Part shown: one piece after another, positions 32,404-40,832 of the stretch
Position numbering within the stretch: position 1 is the stretch's first letter
Layout of the letters: the number at the start of each line of letters is the position of its first letter
Made by a program: the position numbers and the translations under genes
Notes under the pieces: generated by a model
Told to the model about the DNA's origin: nothing
Seen by the model: the letters and a program-made list of their open reading frames with translations, nothing else
Databases searched by the model: none
NCBI GenBank assembly: GCA_900617105.1
Contig: UYFQ01000003.1
Coordinates: forward strand, 1 to 56,995
DNA length: 56,995 bases
Direction: 5' to 3'
From: Hydrurus foetidus
Taxonomy: Eukaryota

Positions 32404-34130
32404 AGTTCGGCATCACCGCCCGCCTGGCGCTGGTGCTGGCACTGGTGGGCATGCTGGTGTCCGGGTTCACCGGGTTTTACGCCTTCAGCGTCAGCCGCAG
32501 CCTGTTGGTGCAAAGCGCCCAAAACGAGCTGCTCACCTCCACCCAGGTGCTGGCGCGGCGACTGGAGCTTACCCGCCAGGAGATCTCGCGCAACCTGCTG
32601 GTGCTGGCCACCCACCCGGCGACGCTGGCCAGTTTGCAGAGCAAAGATCCCGCGGCTGAACAGCAACTGGTTACCCTCTTCCAGTTGGTGATGGAGGCCA
32701 ACCCCGCCTACTTCCAGGTGCGGCTGATTTCCGCGCAAAACGGGGGCCTGGAAAAGGTGCGGGTAGACCGCGGCAGTGGCACGCTGCTGCACGTCACAGG
32801 CGATGATTTGCAGGAAAAAGGCCACTTCCCCTATGTCTACGAAACGCTGAAGTTGCCGTTTGGCGAAACCTACTTCTCACCTATCGCCATCAACCATGAG
32901 CGTGGCGCACACGCCGGGCTGGAGCGTCCCACAGTGCAGCTGGCCACGCCGGTCACGGATGCCCGGGGCTCGGTATTTGGGGTTCTGGTGATCAATGTGG
33001 ACCTGAATGGAGTTTTTACCCTGCTGTCGGCTGACTTACCACCAGACTTCCAGCTGTTTTTAGCTAACCGCAATGGCGATTTCTTGATTCACCCCGATCC
33101 CACCCATGCCTTCGGCTTTGACAAAGGCCGCCGCTACCTGGTGCAGCAGGAGTTTCCTGAAACCGCAGACCTGGTCAACGGCAAGGCCGTGAAGGCCATG
33201 GCCCAGTCCAACCAGGGCGCCTATGCGGATGCCCCCATTCTGGTCAGCTTCATGGGACGGCCACTGGATGTGGCCAGTGGTGAAGACCGCTTGATTTTGG
33301 GCCTGGCCCAGCCGCTGGAGAGTGTGCTGCAGCAAGCCGACCGCCTGGGCGCGGGCATCCTGCGCATCGTGGCGCTGGTCTGCCTGGGTTGCCTGGTGCT
33401 GGCCGTGTTTGTGGCCCGCGCAGTGACCCGGCCCATCAATGCCATGAATGCGGCCATACAGCGGTTCTCCAACGACAACCACATGCTGAGCCTGCCCGTG
33501 GCGCGCCAGGACGAGATCGGCATGCTGGCGCGCAGCTTTCAGCACATGCAGAACTTGATCAAACGCCAGGTGGATGACCTGCAGGACAGCCGCGAAGAAC
33601 TGGAACATCTGGCGCAACACGACATGCTGACCGACTTGCCCAACCGGCGCATGTTCATGGAGCGGCTGGAACTGGCCATCGCCCGCGCCGCGCGCAACGA
33701 CGAAGAGTTTGCGCTGTTGTTCATCGACGTGGACAACTTCAAGCACTTCAACGACACCCTGGGCCACGCGGCCGGTGACGCCGTACTGAGGACCATTGCC
33801 CAGCGCCTGGTGGGAAGCACCCGCAAGGTAGATACTGTGGCACGCCTGGGAGGCGACGAATTTGTCGTGCTGTTGGACAAGTTCTCGCAGCGCGAGCAGA
33901 TTGCCGCCTTTACCGAAAAGCTGCTGGCCGCACTCAAGGTTCCCATGCCCTACGGAGAGGCCCCGATGTACGTGGAGTTCAGCATCGGCATCAGCCAGTT
34001 TCCCGATGACGGAACCACCTCGGAGGACATCATCAACAACGCCGACCGCGCCATGTACAAAACCAAGGCCAGCGGACGCAATGGCTACCGCTTCACTTCG
34101 GAAAGCAACACCCAGCCCAGCCTGCTGTAA
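32400..34130 (+). CDS. Membrane diguanylate cyclase (Cache-like sensor-HAMP-GGDEF)
   Basis: GTG start overlaps SBP stop; two TMs, RQDEIGMLARSF HAMP, D.LTDLPNR, RKVD I-site, RLGGDEF. Confidence 0.9.
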   Translation: MKFGITARLALVLALVGMLVSGFTGFYAFSVSRSLLVQSAQNELLTSTQVLARRLELTRQEISRNLLVLATHPATLASLQSKDPAAEQQLVTLFQLVMEANPAYFQVRLISAQNGGLEKVRVDRGSGTLLHVTGDDLQEKGHFPYVYETLKLPFGETYFSPIAINHERGAHAGLERPTVQLATPVTDARGSVFGVLVINVDLNGVFTLLSADLPPDFQLFLANRNGDFLIHPDPTHAFGFDKGRRYLVQQEFPETADLVNGKAVKAMAQSNQGAYADAPILVSFMGRPLDVASGEDRLILGLAQPLESVLQQADRLGAGILRIVALVCLGCLVLAVFVARAVTRPINAMNAAIQRFSNDNHMLSLPVARQDEIGMLARSFQHMQNLIKRQVDDLQDSREELEHLAQHDMLTDLPNRRMFMERLELAIARAARNDEEFALLFIDVDNFKHFNDTLGHAAGDAVLRTIAQRLVGSTRKVDTVARLGGDEFVVLLDKFSQREQIAAFTEKLLAALKVPMPYGEAPMYVEFSIGISQFPDDGTTSEDIINNADRAMYKTKASGRNGYRFTSESNTQPSLL

Positions 34131-34149
34131 AACGGCCGCCTGCATTGGG

Positions 34150-34155
34150 TACAAT
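34150..34155 (+). promoter_or_regulatory. Putative -10 element (TACAAT) of SRP RNA promoter
   Basis: TACAAT 7 nt upstream of the predicted RNA 5' end, within inverted repeat tgcattg-ggta-caatgca (34141-34158). Confidence 0.55.
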
Positions 34156-34162
34156 GCACCCT

Positions 34163-34255
34163 GACGGGCCTTCCCGCATGGTGAAGCGGCCAACCGGGTC
34201 AGATGGGGAACCAAGCAGCCCTAACTGTGGAGCCAGTGCCGGGGTCAGGCTCGTC
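34163..34255 (+). ncRNA. ffs: Signal recognition particle 4.5S RNA
   Basis: Termini pair (gacgggcct / aggctcgtc); apical core GGTCAGATGG-GGAA-CCAAGCAGCC matches SRP helix 8; near dnaX. Confidence 0.88.
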
Positions 34256-34289
34256 AACTTCCCTTTCTCACCCTTGAGGAATTCCAGGA

Positions 34290-36197
34290 TTGGGTTTCAA
34301 GGCGCTCTCTCGCTGGATTCTCATGGCCCTGCTGGCGCTTGGCGTTAGCGCGGCCTGCGCACTCGCGGCGCCTGCCGACCCCACCTTTCCCGCACTGGCG
34401 CTGACAGCCAGCACCAATGCCAGCCAGGACATTGGCACCCACATGGGCTACCTGGTGGACAGCCGCCGCACCGCCAAGCTGGAGCAAGTCAGCCTGCCGG
34501 GCCAGGACTGGCAAACCATAGACCGTACCAGCCCCAACTTTGGCTTCACCGAAAAAGCCTACTGGTTCCGTTTTGCCATCGACAACCCCACGGACAAGCC
34601 ACAGCAGCGCCTGCTGGAGCTGCCCCGTCCGTTTCTGGACGATGTGCGCCTGTTCCACCTGATAGACGGCCAGGTGCAGACCCGTTACGCGCTGGGTGAC
34701 GAGCAACCGTTTGCCCAGCGGGTGGTACAGCACCAGAATTTTGTGATGCCGCTCACGCTGGCGCCTGGCCACCAAGAGATATACATGCGCCTGGCCTCCA
34801 GCGGCACCATTGAGGCGCCGCTGCGCCTGTGGGAACCCGCCGCGTTTTATGAGGCCGCCGCCCGTGAACACCTGCTGGCCGGCGCCGTGCTGGGCATGCT
34901 GGTAGTGATGATTGTTTACAACCTGTTCGTGTTCCTGTCCACGCGCGACGTGAACTACCTCTACTACATCGCCTTTGTCTCCAGCTACCTGCTGTTCTGG
35001 GCCACGCTGTGGGGCTATGCCTTTGCCTACCTGTGGCCCAACGAGATCCGCTGGAACAGCCAGGCCGTGCCGGTGTTCATCGCCACCGCCTGCATCTCGG
35101 CCTGCCTGTTTGCCAACAGCTTCCTGAAACTCCAGCGCTTTTCCAAACCTGCCCACCTGTCGGTCAAGGCGCTGGCCTGGGTGAATGCGGCGCTGGTGCT
35201 GGCCAGCTTTTACCTGCCGTACTACCTGGTCATTCAGGTGAACTCGGCCATGATTCTGGTGGTGGCGGTGGTGGCGCTGGGCATTGGCTACTGGCGCTGG
35301 TGGAAGGGTGCGCAGTTTGCGCGCTTTTACTGCCTGGCCTGGACCTCGGTGCTGGTGGGCGTGTGTGTGCTGACGATTGGCAAGTTCGGCATTCTTCCGG
35401 CCAACTTCTGGACCGATAACGCCTCGCAAATCGGCATCCTGATGCTGGTGGTGCTGCTGTCGTTCACACTGGCCGACCGTATCAACACCGACCGCAGCCT
35501 GCGCATCGATGCCCAGGCCATTGCCCTGGTGCATGCCCGCAAAGCGCGTGAGTCGCAGCGCGCGCTGATCGAGTCCACCGCCCAGGCCAACCGCGAGCTG
35601 GAAAGCCGGGTGAGCGACCGTACCGATGAGTTGAACGATGCGCTGGCCAAGCTGCAGGTGGTGAACGCAGAGTTGCAACGCCTGTCCAACACCGACGGCC
35701 TTACCCAGGTGGGTAACCGCGCCTACTTTGACCTGGCACTGACCTCCGAGCACAAGCGCGCCAGCCGGCTCAAGCAGCCGCTGGCGCTGATGCTGTTTGA
35801 CATCGACCACTTCAAAACTATCAACGACACCTGGGGCCACCCGGCGGGCGACGCCTGCCTGCGCTACCTGGCCGACTACCTGCGCCAGAAGGTGCAGCGC
35901 GCAGGCGACGTGCTGGCGCGCTATGGCGGCGAGGAATTTGTGGTGCTGCTGATCAACAGCACCCTGGGCGATGCATTGGAACTCGCGGAAGAATTTCGCG
36001 AAGACATTGCCGGGCTGGCGATTCCGATTGAAGGCCAAACCCTGCGCATCACCGCCAGCTTTGGCGTGGCCAGCGCCATCCCGGATGCCAGCGCCACCCC
36101 GCCTACGCTGTTGGCCGATGCCGACAAGGCCCTGTACGAGGCCAAGCACGGCGGGCGCAACTGCGTGCGCGCCGCAGCCCCCCGTCTACCGGCCTGA
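34290..36197 (+). CDS. 7TM-DISM diguanylate cyclase
   Basis: PNFGFTEKAYWFR extracellular DISM domain, 7 TM segments, DGLTQVGNR, RAGD I-site, RYGGEEF. Confidence 0.92.
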   Translation: MGFKALSRWILMALLALGVSAACALAAPADPTFPALALTASTNASQDIGTHMGYLVDSRRTAKLEQVSLPGQDWQTIDRTSPNFGFTEKAYWFRFAIDNPTDKPQQRLLELPRPFLDDVRLFHLIDGQVQTRYALGDEQPFAQRVVQHQNFVMPLTLAPGHQEIYMRLASSGTIEAPLRLWEPAAFYEAAAREHLLAGAVLGMLVVMIVYNLFVFLSTRDVNYLYYIAFVSSYLLFWATLWGYAFAYLWPNEIRWNSQAVPVFIATACISACLFANSFLKLQRFSKPAHLSVKALAWVNAALVLASFYLPYYLVIQVNSAMILVVAVVALGIGYWRWWKGAQFARFYCLAWTSVLVGVCVLTIGKFGILPANFWTDNASQIGILMLVVLLSFTLADRINTDRSLRIDAQAIALVHARKARESQRALIESTAQANRELESRVSDRTDELNDALAKLQVVNAELQRLSNTDGLTQVGNRAYFDLALTSEHKRASRLKQPLALMLFDIDHFKTINDTWGHPAGDACLRYLADYLRQKVQRAGDVLARYGGEEFVVLLINSTLGDALELAEEFREDIAGLAIPIEGQTLRITASFGVASAIPDASATPPTLLADADKALYEAKHGGRNCVRAAAPRLPA

Positions 36198-36218
36198 CCG
36201 CACGGCGGCGGGCCAGCG

Positions 36219-37511
36219 TCAGCCTCGCAAGTACGCCAACACGCCCTGGCCGGCTTTGGCACCGCTGGCAAAGCAGGCCTGCAGCAGGTAGCCACCCGTG
36301 GGCGCTTCCCAGTCCAGCATCTCGCCCGCGCAAAACACACCGGGCAGTTGCTGCGACATCAAGTCGGGCGTCAGCCCTTCAAACACCACGCCACCGGCCG
36401 TGCTGATAGCTTCGTCCAGTGGACGCGTGGCCTGCAGGGTGATGGGCAAGGCCTTGATGGCGGCAGCCAGGCGCGCCGGGTCGTTCACCGCGTCTTTGGG
36501 CAGCAGCTCGTGCAGGATGGCGGACTTGATGCCATCCAAGTGCAAGCGGCTCTTCAGGTGACTGGACAGCGACCGGCTGCCACGCGGGTGGCTGACCTCG
36601 GCCAGCACCTTCTCAGGCGCCATATCAGGCAGCAAATCCAGATGGAAGGTGGCACTGCCGCTGCGCGCAATCTCGTCGCGCAGCGGGCCGGACACCGCGT
36701 ACACCAGACTGCCCTCCACCCCAGTGGCCGTAGCCACAAATTCGCCCCTGCGCTGAAACGCAACTCCCTCGGTGTTGGCAAATGCAATCGCCACCGATTT
36801 GAAGGGCTGTCCCGCAAACTTAGTACGGAAAAACTCGCTCCAGCCGCCATGCACCTCAAAGCCGCAGTTGGACGGTTGCAACGGTGCCACGGTCACGCCC
36901 TGCTGCTCCAGCAAGGACACCCAGGCGCCGTCAGAGCCCAAGCGGGCCCAGCTACCACCACCCAACGCCAGCACGGTGGCCTTGGCGCGCACGGGCTGGC
37001 GCCCTTGCTCGGTATCCAACAGCAGCGTGTGCGCATCCCAACCCACCCAACGGTGGCGCATGTGGAACTGCACGCCCACCGCACCGGCCTGGGCCGGGTT
37101 GCGCAAGCGCTGCAGCCAAGCGCGCAGCAGCGGTGCGGCCTTCATGTCTTTGGGAAACACACGGCCCGAGGTACCGACAAAAGTCTCGATGCCCAAGCCA
37201 AGTGCCCAGGCGCGCAGGCCATCGGCGTCCAGCCCCTGCAGCAGCGGAACAATGGCATCGCGCCGGGCACCGTAACGGCTGGCAAACCGATCTGCCTCGT
37301 CGGAATGGGTGAGGTTGAGCCCTCCCTTGCCGGCCAGCAAAAACTTGCGGCCAATGCTAGGCATGGCGTCAAACAAGTGCAATGCAACACCGGCATCGGC
37401 CAGCACTTGCGCGGCCATCAGGCCTGCAGGGCCACCGCCAATGACGGCCACATCGACCTCCAACAAGGGCAACGTAGACATGGCAACGGGCGAGGAATCA
37501 GAAACAGTCAT
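36219..37511 (-). CDS. NAD(P)/FAD-dependent flavoprotein, HI0933/BaiN-like
   Basis: IGGGPAGLMAA, GRKFLLAGKGGLNLT, SGRVFP, AISTAGGV, GEMLDW..PTGGY. Confidence 0.88.
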   Translation of the reverse strand: MTVSDSSPVAMSTLPLLEVDVAVIGGGPAGLMAAQVLADAGVALHLFDAMPSIGRKFLLAGKGGLNLTHSDEADRFASRYGARRDAIVPLLQGLDADGLRAWALGLGIETFVGTSGRVFPKDMKAAPLLRAWLQRLRNPAQAGAVGVQFHMRHRWVGWDAHTLLLDTEQGRQPVRAKATVLALGGGSWARLGSDGAWVSLLEQQGVTVAPLQPSNCGFEVHGGWSEFFRTKFAGQPFKSVAIAFANTEGVAFQRRGEFVATATGVEGSLVYAVSGPLRDEIARSGSATFHLDLLPDMAPEKVLAEVSHPRGSRSLSSHLKSRLHLDGIKSAILHELLPKDAVNDPARLAAAIKALPITLQATRPLDEAISTAGGVVFEGLTPDLMSQQLPGVFCAGEMLDWEAPTGGYLLQACFASGAKAGQGVLAYLRG

Positions 37512-40500
37512 TCAAGGAATATCCGGGGTGAGTTCGATCAGGCGCCCCTGGGGCGTCAAAAAGGCAGCGTGCACGGTCTGGCCCGGATAGGCCTGTTGCA
37601 CAACGCTGCGGTAGGTCAAAAGTTGGGCACGCAGCTCGGCCTGTTCTTGCGGTCGGGCGGTGGACTTGTAGTCCAGCACCCACCAGCTATTGTCGTCGCG
37701 CCGCTGCACCAGGCGGTCCATGCGCAGCACGCGGCCCTGGTGGGTGATCGCCACCTCGTTCGCATGCCACTGCAGTGCCTGCCTGTCCCAGACCCAGGCG
37801 CCCTCGCCTTGCAGAATAGCCCGTGCCATCTGGGCCGCGGTTTGCGTCTGCGCTGCGTCCAGCGCAAAGGCCTGCCCGGCACGCGCCAGCTGCTGCTCGG
37901 TCCACGTGGCGGCATGGGCACCTGCCCGCGGCACTGCCCACTCCAGCAAGCGGTGCATGGCCTGGCCCACGCGGGAATCGAGGCTAACTGGCAGTACATC
38001 TGCTATAAAAACAGGAGCTTCTCGCGCAATGTTTACGGGGGCTACAGGCCTATTTGGCAATATTTTTAGATTAACGACGGCAGATTCAGCCGCCGCTGGC
38101 GCCATGCCTTTTGCAGGCACAGCGTCGCCCAATGGCCACTGCGCCTCGCTCGCATGGCCCTGCAGCCGCTGCCACCAGCTACCCGGGTTCTCGCGGTGCG
38201 GTGCCATGCTGGAGAGCACCAGCGTGGTCTGGGTGCGGGTCAGCGCCACGTAAAGCGCGTTGAGCTCTTCGCGGCTGCGCGCCTGCTGCTCGGCCGCCAG
38301 GGTGTCGGCCACGCAGACAGGCGGGCGCGACTCGCTGGCCAGGAACACAAAGCGGCGCGGGTAGGCGTCTTCGCCCGGCCAGTCCACCAGCACGCCCATG
38401 GTCTCGGACTTGCCAGCCTCACCATCGGTATCCAGCATCAGCACCAGCGGCGCCTCCAGCCCCTTGGCGCCGTGAATCGTCAGCAGCCGTACCGCGCGCG
38501 CATCGGCCCGCACCGGAGCGGCAATGCCACCTGCGCGCAGCGCCCGCACCAAGCCATAGGCCGTGGTGTAGCGCCCGCCATCCACCTGCAGCACGGCATT
38601 CAGCAAGGCACGCACATTGGCCAGCACGCTGTCGCGCAGGGAGGCGGGCGCCGCCGCGGCAAAGCGCGCGAGCACATCGCCGTCGTCGTAGATGGCGCTC
38701 AAGGCGTCGTGCGGCGGCAGCGTGTCCAGCCACTGCTTCCAGCGCGCCAGCGTGGCGCCCAGAGTCTGCAAGCTGGGTGGTGAATCGGTAGCGGTCTGCA
38801 GCGTCTCCAGCCAGCCTACGGTGGGGGCGTCCTCGTCCACCGCGCGACGCTGGGCCTGCAGGGCTCGCTGTTGCAGCACCAAGGCCACCAAGTCGTCATC
38901 GCTGGCGCTGAACAGCGGAGACTTCAATGCGCGCGCAAGAGACAAGTCGTGTTGCGGCGACACCAGCACGTCAAGCAAGGCCACCAGGTCTTGCACCTCA
39001 GGCGCATCGCCGAGTTCATTTTTCTCAGGCTGTTGGGTGGGAATGTGCAAGTGCGCCAGTTCTTGCTGCATCAGCCCCAGCCGCTCACGTTTGCGCGCCA
39101 GCACCATCACGTGCTGGGGCTGCAAAGTGCTGCCCGGCTGTGCCAGTTGCTGGGCCAGCCAGCGCGCGGCCTGGCGGCATTCCAAAGTCTTGCGTGTGTC
39201 TTCGACCTCGTGGCGCGGCACGGTCAGACTGTCGCGCCACGCGGCCTCGGATGCGATGGCTTCTTCGGTATCGTCCACGTCGCGTTCCACGCGTGGGAGG
39301 CGCAGCACCTGGCCGACGGCTTGCGATTCGGTGCTGTGATCGCGGAACCCATCAAACGCACCTTCGCCCTGTGCTTGCATCATCACGGCGTTCACCACAC
39401 CAATGATGGCGGGCGCATTACGCCGCGTGTGGTCACAGCTCAGCAGGTCGCCGCCCAAGCCGTCCACCACAAAGGCCTTGGCCGCGCGAAACACCTGCGG
39501 TTCGGCCCGGCGAAAGCGGTAAATACTTTGCTTGGGGTCGCCCACAATGAACACGCTGGGCGCATTGCCCGCGCCGGCGTAGGACGACAGCCAGCTGCTG
39601 AGCGCCTGCCATTGCAGCGGGTTGGTATCCTGAAACTCGTCAATCAGCAGGTGGCGCACGCGCGCATCCAGCCGCTCCTGCACCCAGCCGCTGAGCTCGA
39701 CATCCGACATCAGCGTGAGCGCAGCGCGCTCCAGGTCGCCCATGTCGATCCAGCCGCGCTCGCGCTTGAGTGCTGCATAGTCTTCCAACAGGCCACGCGC
39801 CAAGCGCGCCATGCGCTGCTGGTGCAGCCAAGCCTCGTGTTGGGCCTGTGCGTCCACCACCTGGGCCAGCAGCGCCTGCGCGGCTTGCACCGTGGCAATA
39901 CCGGCCAGCTTGTCGCTGAATTTGCGGGGCGTGCCCTTTTGCGTCATCAGTGCGTCCACCACGCCTGCCAGTTTGCCATCGGTCAGTGCGCGCTCTAGTG
40001 CCGTCGCTTGCTTGGTGGCCGTCACCAATGTGCTTGCGCCCAGCGCACGCGCGCTGTCCCACAGCAGTTGTTGCACTGCGGGCAGGGACAGGCGGTCATA
40101 GGGCGCCTCCAACCCGGCAAAGTCCGGGTACTGCACGGCGAAATGGGTCACCGAGGCATCCACCACACCCTGTGCGTCAGCCAATGCAAATTCGGTGCGC
40201 TTGTTGAGTGCGGCCTCCAGCGCCTTGTGCGTCTGGTGGCGGCCAAAGGTGGCCACAGCCGCACGGTAGTCCGCGATGGCCACGGCGTCCTGCACGATGC
40301 GGCTTTGAAAGCGCCCCCACACCTGCGCCACGGCCTGGGCATCGTTTTCCAGCAACTCGTACTGCGTGGGCAGGCCCATCTGGTGCAGCACCGACAGTGG
40401 CGCACTGCGCAGCAACGCCGCAAACCAGCTGTGGAAGGTGCGAATCTGCACCGGCCGGCCACTGCCCAGCAGCTGCGCATGCAGACCGCGCAGGGTCTGC

Positions 40501-40832
40501 AACTGCACCGCCGTGGGCTCACCACGCAGCCCGCGCTGCTGCAGGGCCAGACGCAGCGCCGCATCATCGGCCGCAGCAAATTCGTGCAGCCATTCCTGCA
40601 AGCGCTGGCGCATTTCGCCCGCCGCTTTTTTGGTGAAGGTGATGGCCAGAATGTCTTGCGGCGCAGCGCCTTCCAGCAGCGCCCGCACCATGCGCGACAC
40701 CAGCATCCAGGTCTTGCCCGCGCCGGCGCAGGCCTCCACCGCCACGCTGCGGCGCGGGTCACAGGCAATCTCGTAAAAGCGCTGGCGTTCTACCAGCGCG
40801 CCGTTGTGTTCAAACGCAGCGGCGGTACTCAT
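37512..40832 (-). CDS. addA: UvrD-type helicase/nuclease AddA
   Basis: ACAGAGKT, AITFTKKAA, LIDEFQDT, VGDPKQSIYRFR, TIHGAKGLE, YVALTR, C-terminal RMDRL...LDYKS nuclease. Confidence 0.9.
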   Translation of the reverse strand: MSTAAAFEHNGALVERQRFYEIACDPRRSVAVEACAGAGKTWMLVSRMVRALLEGAAPQDILAITFTKKAAGEMRQRLQEWLHEFAAADDAALRLALQQRGLRGEPTAVQLQTLRGLHAQLLGSGRPVQIRTFHSWFAALLRSAPLSVLHQMGLPTQYELLENDAQAVAQVWGRFQSRIVQDAVAIADYRAAVATFGRHQTHKALEAALNKRTEFALADAQGVVDASVTHFAVQYPDFAGLEAPYDRLSLPAVQQLLWDSARALGASTLVTATKQATALERALTDGKLAGVVDALMTQKGTPRKFSDKLAGIATVQAAQALLAQVVDAQAQHEAWLHQQRMARLARGLLEDYAALKRERGWIDMGDLERAALTLMSDVELSGWVQERLDARVRHLLIDEFQDTNPLQWQALSSWLSSYAGAGNAPSVFIVGDPKQSIYRFRRAEPQVFRAAKAFVVDGLGGDLLSCDHTRRNAPAIIGVVNAVMMQAQGEGAFDGFRDHSTESQAVGQVLRLPRVERDVDDTEEAIASEAAWRDSLTVPRHEVEDTRKTLECRQAARWLAQQLAQPGSTLQPQHVMVLARKRERLGLMQQELAHLHIPTQQPEKNELGDAPEVQDLVALLDVLVSPQHDLSLARALKSPLFSASDDDLVALVLQQRALQAQRRAVDEDAPTVGWLETLQTATDSPPSLQTLGATLARWKQWLDTLPPHDALSAIYDDGDVLARFAAAAPASLRDSVLANVRALLNAVLQVDGGRYTTAYGLVRALRAGGIAAPVRADARAVRLLTIHGAKGLEAPLVLMLDTDGEAGKSETMGVLVDWPGEDAYPRRFVFLASESRPPVCVADTLAAEQQARSREELNALYVALTRTQTTLVLSSMAPHRENPGSWWQRLQGHASEAQWPLGDAVPAKGMAPAAAESAVVNLKILPNRPVAPVNIAREAPVFIADVLPVSLDSRVGQAMHRLLEWAVPRAGAHAATWTEQQLARAGQAFALDAAQTQTAAQMARAILQGEGAWVWDRQALQWHANEVAITHQGRVLRMDRLVQRRDDNSWWVLDYKSTARPQEQAELRAQLLTYRSVVQQAYPGQTVHAAFLTPQGRLIELTPDIP
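38001..38055 (+). repeat. 55-bp dispersed repeat, copy 6 (in frame within addA helicase-nuclease linker)
   Basis: tgctataaaaacaggagcttctcgcgcaatgtttacgggggctacaggcctattt; encodes NRPVAPVNIAREAPVFIA on the minus strand. Confidence 0.88.
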
